A stretch of DNA of 57,300 bases, from the NCBI GenBank assembly GCA_001002135.1, contig LCLP01000003.1:107198-164497 (forward strand). The letters are read 5' to 3'. The notes under the pieces are model-generated. The model saw only the letters and a program-made list of their open reading frames with translations. It had not been told where the DNA came from and did not search any database. The stretch is from Candidatus Pacebacteria bacterium GW2011_GWA1_46_10. Lineage in GTDB: Bacteria; Patescibacteriota; Microgenomatia; UBA1400; PJMF01. Positions within the stretch are counted from its first letter, which is position 1. Every line of letters starts with the position of its first letter. Shown here in pieces: positions 27,538 through 35,692 of this stretch. A program made the translations under genes and the position numbers.

Positions 27538-27813
27538 TTAAGCCGGTACTTTTTCGGTTTTTATTGCCACTAACACATCGAATAAAATCCCGGTCGCCGG
27601 TCGACCAAGCTCTAAAGCTTTAGCATTGGCCGTCTCAACAATTTGTCCTAATTCTTCCTTAGTTGCTGTCATTCCTATCACCTCTGCCATTTTTTGAGTG
27701 GTAGCAATATCAAGGTTGTCCAAACGCTCTTCAACCTCAGTGGTTCCGGTTAACTCCCCCGATTCCTGAAGCGCATCTTCACCAATTGGAGAAATTACCT
27801 TTTCTTCACTCAT
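27538..27813 (-). CDS. Hypothetical protein
   Basis: 91 aa ATG ORF; TGtTAAACT 6 nt upstream. Confidence 0.6.
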   Translation of the reverse strand: MSEEKVISPIGEDALQESGELTGTTEVEERLDNLDIATTQKMAEVIGMTATKEELGQIVETANAKALELGRPATGILFDVLVAIKTEKVPA

Positions 27814-27832
27814 GAGAACAGTTTAACATAGG

Positions 27833-28855
27833 TTAAACTTGATAACTCAAGCTTCTTCGAAACTCATCGAGGTGGTCCACAATCGTGCCCAGGCCGCGAA
27901 TAACCGCGCGCTCAGGCTCGTCCACCACAGAGACCGGCACGCCGAGTTTGGGCACCAAATACTCCTCCAAACCGGTTAGTTTAGCCCCGCCGCCGGCCAA
28001 AAGCAGACCTTTATCAACAATGTCGACGGTCAATTCAGTCGGAATTTTAGTCAACAATTTCTTGACCAACTGCACATACCCTTCTGCCATTTGCTTGGCC
28101 GGCTGGCGTAAGTTTTCGGCCGAGACTTGAATTTCTTTGGGCGCGGCGGTTTTTTCATGCTTGCCCGTGACCAAAACCGAGCCAGTTGAAGCCTCGCTGA
28201 GGGTAACTAAAGTTTGAATCAGCATCCGAGCTACTTCCATACTGACCGACACGCGATGAGATTCTTTGAGCGCCGTGATGACTAACTGTTCAAAATATTC
28301 CCCCGCCTGCTGACTAGCCTCCACCCCGACCAAACTCCCCAGTGACACTACTCCAGCTTCATTGACACCCGCGCCCAACTGAAGGATAAAACCGCCAGAG
28401 GCATCCGCCACTCTCATCCCGGCACCAATGGCTGCTGCCAGTGGAGCGGCGGCTGTCAGCACCTCACGAGCACCCAGTGAGTACCCCAGCTGCACTGTTT
28501 CATCTTCGATGGCATGACTGAGGGTGGCCGGTACACTGAGTAGTAAAGTCGGACTAAAAAAGCTCTTGCCCAAAACATCTTTCAGCGCGGCTTGTAAAAA
28601 GGCTTTTTCGACAGCCACATCCCAGACTTGGCCGCGTTGCACCGGCCGAAACACTTTAACATTGGCCGCCACCCGGCCCAACATCTCTTGTGCATCTTTA
28701 CCAAAGGCTAAAATCTTTTGTGAAGTGGTATCAACCGCCAAGTAATGAGGGTGCTCTGCCACTAACCCTTTGCCTCTTTCCCACACCCGCACCGTACTCG
28801 TGCCAAGATCGACAGCCACTGTTTTACTTAAAACATCCAGACGTTGCAGTACCAT
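27833..28855 (-). CDS. MreB/Mbl-like actin homolog with altered catalytic residues
   Basis: AVDLGT, RPV..G, AAAIGAG, LLAGGGAKL and AVIRG; start at ATG 28855. Confidence 0.85.
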   Translation of the reverse strand: MVLQRLDVLSKTVAVDLGTSTVRVWERGKGLVAEHPHYLAVDTTSQKILAFGKDAQEMLGRVAANVKVFRPVQRGQVWDVAVEKAFLQAALKDVLGKSFFSPTLLLSVPATLSHAIEDETVQLGYSLGAREVLTAAAPLAAAIGAGMRVADASGGFILQLGAGVNEAGVVSLGSLVGVEASQQAGEYFEQLVITALKESHRVSVSMEVARMLIQTLVTLSEASTGSVLVTGKHEKTAAPKEIQVSAENLRQPAKQMAEGYVQLVKKLLTKIPTELTVDIVDKGLLLAGGGAKLTGLEEYLVPKLGVPVSVVDEPERAVIRGLGTIVDHLDEFRRSLSYQV

Positions 28856-28953
28856 TACTGATATAATAACGGCTGAACTACCGAAGAGCAATTTACTTCT
28901 TTCGTCAAATGTCGCCAATCTTTGTGCCCAAAAAACTATTTGCCGGTGTCAAC

Positions 28954-30273
28954 ATGGGTATCTTGTACACCTTATTCTCGGCCGTGGTCGTGGTGCTGGG
29001 GGCGATGATCGCCATCCAATACGCCAAAGGCGGTCTGCGTTTTACCCGTCAAGGTTTTCAGCCGGAGACCGGCTTACTCAACGCGAATTCTTTTCCGACT
29101 GGCGCTGAGGTCTATGTAGACGGTGAGCTCGTCAGTGCCACCGATAACACCGTTTACTTGGAACCCGGTCAATATACAGTGGAAATTCGCAAAGAGGGTT
29201 ATTCTCCCTGGCAAAAAACCTTGATCATCCAGGAAGAACTGGTCACTCAAACTAATGCCAAGCTGTTTCCTACTGCCCCTCGCTTGTCCCCACTTTCTTT
29301 AAGCGGCGCGAGTAACATCGTGACTTCTCCAGACGGGCAAAAAGTGGTTTTCTACACCAATAACTCCCACAGCGAAACCGGCAATGGTCTCTATCTCCTG
29401 GAGCTTACGAGCAACCTACTGCCGATCAACCGCAGTCCAAAACTAATCGCCGAAGATGTCCCCAACTTACTGCTGGATCAAGCGAGTTTTATCTGGTCCC
29501 CTAACAGCGCCGAGCTGATGATCCTGACGCCGACCAAAGAGATGGTGATCGAGGTTGGCAGCAAGGTAAATTTAGAAACTCAACCGGACATTGCCTGGAA
29601 ACGTCAACAGGTTTTGTCTGAATGGGAGGAAGAAATGTACCAGCGCGAGCGCGAGTTTTTACGTGAATTTCCGCCAGAAATGATCGAAGTGGCCACGGCT
29701 TCGGCTAAAAATGTCTATCTCTCGCCTGACAAAAAACGGATGATGTACACCGCCGCGGTTAGTCTCGTTTTGCCCGATACCATGGTGCCGCCGGTACCCT
29801 CCAGCAACACTCAACCACAAGAAAGAACTCTCACACCTAACTCAATTTATATCTACGATGCGGAAGAAGACCGCAATTTCTTGGTGGGAACGGAATTGGG
29901 GGACCGGATGGTCGCTAAACACTTGTTGGCTACCGACCTGTTTGGGCCGGCGCGGTCACTCGAAAGTTCCCCCAGCGCGTTCTCTCGCCTTCAAGCGACC
30001 TCTTCGGCTGAAACTGCCCGCCGCTTCCAAGTTCATCACACCTCGCTGGCGATCGACACCCTGCAGTGGTTCCCCGACTCCAAACATTTGCTCTTCGCCA
30101 CTGATGACCAAATTCACATCATAGAGTACGACGGCGCCAACGACACCGTGATTTACTCCGGTCCCTTCCAACCCGGCTTTGTCTACCCTTGGCCGGACGG
30201 CAGTAAAATTCTGATTTTAACCTCTTTTAGCCCCGATTCACCGCAGAATTTGTACGCGGTTGAGCTGCAGTAA
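28954..30273 (+). CDS. PEGA domain protein with beta-propeller-like C-terminus
   Basis: TM anchor, NSFPTGAEVYVDG...LEPGQYTVEIRKEGYSPWQK, then SPDG/WSP/WFPDS repeats; start at ATG 28954. Confidence 0.85.
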   Translation: MGILYTLFSAVVVVLGAMIAIQYAKGGLRFTRQGFQPETGLLNANSFPTGAEVYVDGELVSATDNTVYLEPGQYTVEIRKEGYSPWQKTLIIQEELVTQTNAKLFPTAPRLSPLSLSGASNIVTSPDGQKVVFYTNNSHSETGNGLYLLELTSNLLPINRSPKLIAEDVPNLLLDQASFIWSPNSAELMILTPTKEMVIEVGSKVNLETQPDIAWKRQQVLSEWEEEMYQREREFLREFPPEMIEVATASAKNVYLSPDKKRMMYTAAVSLVLPDTMVPPVPSSNTQPQERTLTPNSIYIYDAEEDRNFLVGTELGDRMVAKHLLATDLFGPARSLESSPSAFSRLQATSSAETARRFQVHHTSLAIDTLQWFPDSKHLLFATDDQIHIIEYDGANDTVIYSGPFQPGFVYPWPDGSKILILTSFSPDSPQNLYAVELQ

Positions 30274-30515
30274 ATATTTTCGTCCGACCGTCATTTTAAT
30301 CTATTTACATCAGGTATTAGGTATTAAGTTGTATAATGTCGTACTTTTTGGTTTTCCCGCAGGAAATGCTCTTGCCCGGAAAGCTCTTTAAGAAATTGGG
30401 GAGGAAACTTCCGAAGGTTTCAACCTAACTGGGTTGCAAAAGTGAAGTGGTCAATCAACCATTTCCCTCTCGCAGCCCAATCCTGGGTTGACACCATTTT
30501 TCGGAGGCAGAAAAA

Positions 30516-30806
30516 ATGTCCTACAGTATAGAAGATCTGCGTGCAGCACGAAGGGGGAAAGGACTTAATCCTGACCTCACTGGGCTCGTTCTCAACCTTA
30601 TTATCGAGAATGCAGAGCCAACCATGGGCGTTTTTTTGATCATCTCGGACAACGGTGATCAACTTTCTCTTATCCGCGTGGATAAGGGAGATGGCAAGTC
30701 CGAGATCATCCAACGGCCAGACAGATTGACCATCGATCAGATCATACAAGATCCGCAACCGGCCAAGTTGCCGGCGCTGGAAAGCGCCATGGCCTGGCTA
30801 CCTTAA
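30516..30806 (+). CDS. Hypothetical protein
   Basis: 96 aa, GGAGG SD and a terminator downstream. Confidence 0.7.
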   Translation: MSYSIEDLRAARRGKGLNPDLTGLVLNLIIENAEPTMGVFLIISDNGDQLSLIRVDKGDGKSEIIQRPDRLTIDQIIQDPQPAKLPALESAMAWLP

Positions 30807-30826
30807 TTTCCTTCCCCACCCTAAAG

Positions 30827-30860
30827 ATGCCCCCGACAAGTCGGGGGCATTTTACTTTTT
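30827..30860 (+). terminator. Intrinsic terminator
   Basis: ATGCCCCCGA-caag-TCGGGGGCAT followed by TTTACTTTTT. Confidence 0.88.
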
Positions 30861-30917
30861 ACTCACTTTCCGCCCAGACAAAACTTACAAGAGAAACTAT
30901 AATTGTGGGGCTTGAAA

Positions 30918-30990
30918 CGGGGATTAGCGCAGGTGGTAGCGCGCACGGTTCGGGACCGTGAGGTCGGCAGTTCGAGTCTGCCATCCCCGA
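30918..30990 (+). tRNA. tRNA-Pro (CGG)
   Basis: CGGGGAT/ATCCCCG acceptor stem, loop TT-CGG-GA, T-loop TTCGAGT. Confidence 0.95.
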
Positions 30991-31046
30991 CTATAAAATA
31001 AAGCGAAATATTTGTTTTTACCTGGAGAGTCTGCTTCAATGGTAGT

Positions 31047-34000
31047 GTGGAGTGTAGTATCTATAAAGTCTGGAAAACGATCGTTAAGTTCAAGAGTAAG
31101 TTTCTTGCCACTCTGCTGATTCTTGTCCTGCTTTTTACCCAGTTTTCCGTACTTGTTCCGATTGTCCTTGCTGCCAGTTCTCCCTGGACACAAACCGATT
31201 GGTTGGGAGGATCGGGCCAAACAAACTGGTCGGACAATACCCAATTTGACTCCTCTTCAAGTGTGGTCACTGCTACCGCCGGGCAAGTGACGCTAACGAG
31301 TACCGAAGAACTCTCCAATACTGGTTTTGAGGCTGACTTAACTGGTTGGGACACCGGAGCACAACCAGACTCTCTCACTGATCTTACCCTGTGGCTCAAG
31401 GCCGACGCAATTACTGGATTAAACGACGGCGACGGTGTTACCACTTGGAGCGACCAAAGCGGTCAAGGTTTTAACGCCAGCCAAACTGACGCAACCAGAA
31501 AACCAATTTTTAAAACAAACATCATCAATAGCCAACCAATCATTAGGTTCGATGGCAGTAATGATTACCTAGATGTAGGAACCATCAGAAGCACTCAAGG
31601 CGGTTTGGATACTTTTGTTGTTTCTCAGAGACCATCAGCCAGTGGTACTCAATGGCAAAGGCTTGTGAGTGCTTGGGATGGATCAAGCGGTGATGATTTT
31701 CAAGGGGCCGGCTGGATAATATCCGGCGCTTGGGACGGCAGCGGCAACCCGCTCGTATACAGCCCTGATATTCGGACCGCCTCAGCTGCTTCTGGAAAAG
31801 AGATTAGCAACCTTCAATTTGGTAGAAACTCAAAATATGCCTCTCAGTACTTTTTTGGCGATGTCGCCGAAGTAATTGTTTACAGCACTCAACTCTCATC
31901 TGCCGATAATGCTCGGGTTAAAAATTATCTGCGAGACAAATACGCCGTATCAGTCACTGCCGGCATTACTTCCGTAACTCAAGACACTACCACCACCTAC
32001 AACGGCAGTGCCGGCAGCGCTAAGCTGGTGACAGCCACCTCCGACACTGGCGAGTTTACCCAGTTGGTCAACGTCGGCGATACCAATTCTTATAACTTGT
32101 CTGCCTACGTTTACACAGACGGATTAGTAGTGACTTCATCTGACGCAGAGTTATTTGCCAACGGCAACACCGTCACTACCACTTACACCAGCGCTGGCGG
32201 CGGCTGGTATCAACTGACTGGCACAGTCACCGGAGTAGCCTCATCAGTCCAATACGGAGTTCAAGTCAAAGCCAACAAAACCGTTTACCTGGATGATCTC
32301 AGTCTGAACAGTTACTCTGCTTCTGGCTCACTGACTAGTTCAATTTTTGACACCGAGTTTACTGCCGGAGCAGCCTGGGGAACCTTAACCTACACAGCCA
32401 TAACGCCGACCAATACTGCCGTCACCGTCAAAGTCAGGACCAGCAACTCTTCGTCAATGACTGGGGCTACCGATTTTAGTTCATGTACCACAGTTACTTC
32501 TGGTGATGATATCTCCTCAAATGGCTGTGCCACTGACTCTCATCGCTATATCCAATACCAGTTAAACCTAACGAGCACCGATTTAGTATCCACCCCCACC
32601 TTTCAAGATATTTCAGTCACTTTTGAAACCTACGATACTAACGCACCAACCCTTGTCTTAACAGCTGTTTCACCAGATCCCGGAACTGATGACACACCAA
32701 CGTTAACGGGTACTGCCACCGAGGGAACTGGCACAGTGACAACAGTGGAATTCCAAATGGATGCGACTGCTGGTTCATGGAGTAGTTGTACGGCTGATGA
32801 TGGCAGTTTTGATGAAGCTGTAGAGACTTTTGCCTGCACGCCGTCCACTGTCCTGTCTGACGGTAGTCACATCATGTATGTCAGGGCCACAGATAGTAAT
32901 GGCAATACTACCGGCAGCGGCTCTGAATCTTCCGACACTTTTACTATCGATACCACCGCGCCAACTTCAATAAATTTAGATAGCCCGGGAAATAACAGTT
33001 ACACCAATAACGAGCGGCCAAGTCTTAAGTGGAAAGCAACCAGTGATGCCACGGCCGGACTTTCAAAGTATGTTTTGGAAATAGACAATCCTGCCATCGG
33101 CAACGACCAACCGAGTGGAGACTTTACGATCGACGACATTCCAGTTTCCAGAACCACCGATTATGAAACCAATAAATATGTTATTCACTACGAAAACTTT
33201 GCTGATTCAGACTCGACTAACGATTACATCTCTGTTTACACCAAATCACACAGTGACTGGGGATCTTCTGAAAATGACGGGCAGTTACGAGAAGGCAAAG
33301 TAAGTTGGAAAGTCAAAGCAGTTGATAACACCGGCAATGAAACCAGTTCATCAAGAACGCTATTTGTTGACCGAACTAGCCCTAAAGTAGAACTGACGCA
33401 GATTAATGATATTCCTTTCTCTACCGCTAACTTCTCAACCACCGATAAAACGCCTACCATCTATGGAAAGATCATTGATTCTCTTTCCGGCGGTGATTCA
33501 TCACAGACCCAGGATGAAAACGGACCAAAAATTGCCTCCGGTCCTAAACAAGTAGAAATCACGGTCGAGAAAAAGGAGAGCTTAGGTTACAAAATCATCA
33601 TCCTTTACACCATTAACATAGATGAATTTTGGTACTCTTGCGACAATAAAGAGATTTCAGACAACTCCAAGCAAAAGTGCGATAAATACCTCCCTTTCGA
33701 ATATACCTCCAAAGAAAATCTCGACTTGGGAACCTACAGAATCACGCTCACTGGCAAAGACGGGGTGGAAAACACCAATCAGACAAGCCTGACTTTGAAT
33801 ATTAGTACCCTAGCCGAAATTGCTACCCCAGAAGAACTGGAAACCATTGAAAAAGAGCTTAAACAGTTGTCCACAGAGGAACAGGGAATAGTCGAGGAAA
33901 AACTGGTAATCACTAAACCAACTGAGCCAAGTACTCTGGAAAAAGTCAGCACACAGCTGGCTCAAGTTGCAAAGAGTATTTTTAACTCTCTATCAAATGC

Positions 34001-35141
34001 AGCTCAAGCAACAGGGAAACTCGTCAGCGAAGTCCTGGATGGAGTGAGTAATGGAGTCAAATATACTGCTCAGATAACAAGTAAGGCCATGGTTTTTGTT
34101 GAAAACACGATCCTTCGACCGGCCCAGGACGCAGCCGGCCAAATACTAGTGTTTGTCGGCAAAGCCGCGTCAAACACAGCCAACGCAGTGAGTCAAAAAC
34201 TGGTATTTTCCGGAGGAGAGATCCTTCAAACAACTCAGAACATGGTTGGACAGGGTACTTCAATTATCACCCAAAGAACTGAAAACTGGCTGGTGTCAGT
34301 CAGCCGAAATATCAGCAACACTGAAAAAGCCATTGATGATACGAGTGAAACCATTGGGGATGGATACAACCAGTTAGCTGACAATGCTTCAGGAGTTACC
34401 AAAACAATCTTAACTGGAATAGGGCAAGGGATATCGACGACAACTCGCTCGGTGGCCAGCACGACCAATACAGTCGTCAATACAACGGGTAGGGTTGCAC
34501 AAAACACTGCTTCTAGAATCAGCAATCTCTCCCACAGTGTTAGTACAACCACTACAACTATTACTCAAGGAGTCACGGTCGTGTCGAACATGGTTAAAAC
34601 AAGCGCGACTGCTAGCGGTAAGGCTATCACTCAAGCAGCTACTCTTACAGCAAAATCCGTACTCACCAACGCCACCACTCTTGCTAAAAGTGCTGGATCA
34701 GCCGCGTCAAACACAGCCAAAGCAATTACCAGCGCCACCAAAAACGGGGTCAACAGCACCAAAAAGGGAATAGCTGATTTAGCCTTTACTATTGGAGAAA
34801 AGACAGAAGATGTTTCTTATGAAGTGGGCACCATGATTATCAAATTCGGGTACTTATTCATTCCGGAACCAACCAGAATATCCAACGTCCGCGCCGTTGT
34901 CCTTTCTCCTACATCCGTAAAAATCACCTGGGATACCAACCATCCGGCCAACGGCAAAGTTAATTGGGGGTACGAAGATGGAATTTACGAATTTGAACAA
35001 CAAACTGACAAACGAACCAGTGAACATGAATTTACCCTGACTGGTCTTCAGCCAGACACGGAATACCACTATGAAGTGATGAGTCAAAACAGAAATTATG
35101 TCTATGATGCTAACCGGAAATTTCAGACGCCGGCTGAGTAG
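31047..35141 (+). CDS. Large secreted multidomain surface protein (lectin-like, Ig-like, helical Thr/Ser/Ala region, FN3)
   Basis: Signal/TM segment, LWLKAD...W.DQSG lectin-like domain, DT.AP Ig repeats and C-terminal W.T..PA...V.WG...L.GL.PDTEYHY FN3; start uncertain. Confidence 0.8.
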   Translation: MECSIYKVWKTIVKFKSKFLATLLILVLLFTQFSVLVPIVLAASSPWTQTDWLGGSGQTNWSDNTQFDSSSSVVTATAGQVTLTSTEELSNTGFEADLTGWDTGAQPDSLTDLTLWLKADAITGLNDGDGVTTWSDQSGQGFNASQTDATRKPIFKTNIINSQPIIRFDGSNDYLDVGTIRSTQGGLDTFVVSQRPSASGTQWQRLVSAWDGSSGDDFQGAGWIISGAWDGSGNPLVYSPDIRTASAASGKEISNLQFGRNSKYASQYFFGDVAEVIVYSTQLSSADNARVKNYLRDKYAVSVTAGITSVTQDTTTTYNGSAGSAKLVTATSDTGEFTQLVNVGDTNSYNLSAYVYTDGLVVTSSDAELFANGNTVTTTYTSAGGGWYQLTGTVTGVASSVQYGVQVKANKTVYLDDLSLNSYSASGSLTSSIFDTEFTAGAAWGTLTYTAITPTNTAVTVKVRTSNSSSMTGATDFSSCTTVTSGDDISSNGCATDSHRYIQYQLNLTSTDLVSTPTFQDISVTFETYDTNAPTLVLTAVSPDPGTDDTPTLTGTATEGTGTVTTVEFQMDATAGSWSSCTADDGSFDEAVETFACTPSTVLSDGSHIMYVRATDSNGNTTGSGSESSDTFTIDTTAPTSINLDSPGNNSYTNNERPSLKWKATSDATAGLSKYVLEIDNPAIGNDQPSGDFTIDDIPVSRTTDYETNKYVIHYENFADSDSTNDYISVYTKSHSDWGSSENDGQLREGKVSWKVKAVDNTGNETSSSRTLFVDRTSPKVELTQINDIPFSTANFSTTDKTPTIYGKIIDSLSGGDSSQTQDENGPKIASGPKQVEITVEKKESLGYKIIILYTINIDEFWYSCDNKEISDNSKQKCDKYLPFEYTSKENLDLGTYRITLTGKDGVENTNQTSLTLNISTLAEIATPEELETIEKELKQLSTEEQGIVEEKLVITKPTEPSTLEKVSTQLAQVAKSIFNSLSNAAQATGKLVSEVLDGVSNGVKYTAQITSKAMVFVENTILRPAQDAAGQILVFVGKAASNTANAVSQKLVFSGGEILQTTQNMVGQGTSIITQRTENWLVSVSRNISNTEKAIDDTSETIGDGYNQLADNASGVTKTILTGIGQGISTTTRSVASTTNTVVNTTGRVAQNTASRISNLSHSVSTTTTTITQGVTVVSNMVKTSATASGKAITQAATLTAKSVLTNATTLAKSAGSAASNTAKAITSATKNGVNSTKKGIADLAFTIGEKTEDVSYEVGTMIIKFGYLFIPEPTRISNVRAVVLSPTSVKITWDTNHPANGKVNWGYEDGIYEFEQQTDKRTSEHEFTLTGLQPDTEYHYEVMSQNRNYVYDANRKFQTPAE

Positions 35142-35573
35142 TTACTCTGCCACCGCCTCGGTTGACTCCGTCGCTGTTTCCTCCAGGTTTTGGACCAAGA
35201 GCGTGCCAACATTAACGATGATATTTCTAGAGGGCGAGTAAATGATGCTACGGCCGGCGCGCGGATAAATCAGCACTTTATCGCCATTGACGGCGTTGCG
35301 GAAAAAGGCTTGAGCTTGCGCTAAGGCGGCGGCGTTCTCAATGTCAAAAATGAGTGGATCTTCTCCTTCGGGCAAAACCATCAAGCGACCCACACGAGCA
35401 ATCAGCTCTTGGCGGGCTTGTTGAGCTTGCTCAGCTGAGTCGAGAGCGTCTGTCAGTGTGTCAAGCTGGCGTTTCGTTTCCCGGTATTGCCAGAAAGACC
35501 AGGCCGAAAAACCGAGTAAAAGTAAAACTACCAGTAATCGCAGAATGGTTTTCAGTAAAGAGTTTGTAAACAT
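35142..35573 (-). CDS. Hypothetical membrane-anchored protein
   Basis: N-terminal TM helix, coiled coil and LP..E.P...FF..A.NGDKVLIY. Confidence 0.7.
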   Translation of the reverse strand: MFTNSLLKTILRLLVVLLLLGFSAWSFWQYRETKRQLDTLTDALDSAEQAQQARQELIARVGRLMVLPEGEDPLIFDIENAAALAQAQAFFRNAVNGDKVLIYPRAGRSIIYSPSRNIIVNVGTLLVQNLEETATESTEAVAE

Positions 35574-35617
35574 TTTGCCCCTATTTTAAAGCCAGTATAC
35601 TACAATACACGCTGTCC

Positions 35618-35689
35618 GCTCCCATAGTTTAACGGATAGAACGGGGGTTTCCTAAACCCTAAATCCAGGTTCGATTCCTGGTGGGGGCA
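35618..35689 (+). tRNA. tRNA-Arg (CCT)
   Basis: GCTCCCA/TGGGGGC acceptor stem, loop TT-CCT-AA, T-loop TTCGATT. Confidence 0.93.
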
Positions 35690-35692
35690 CAT

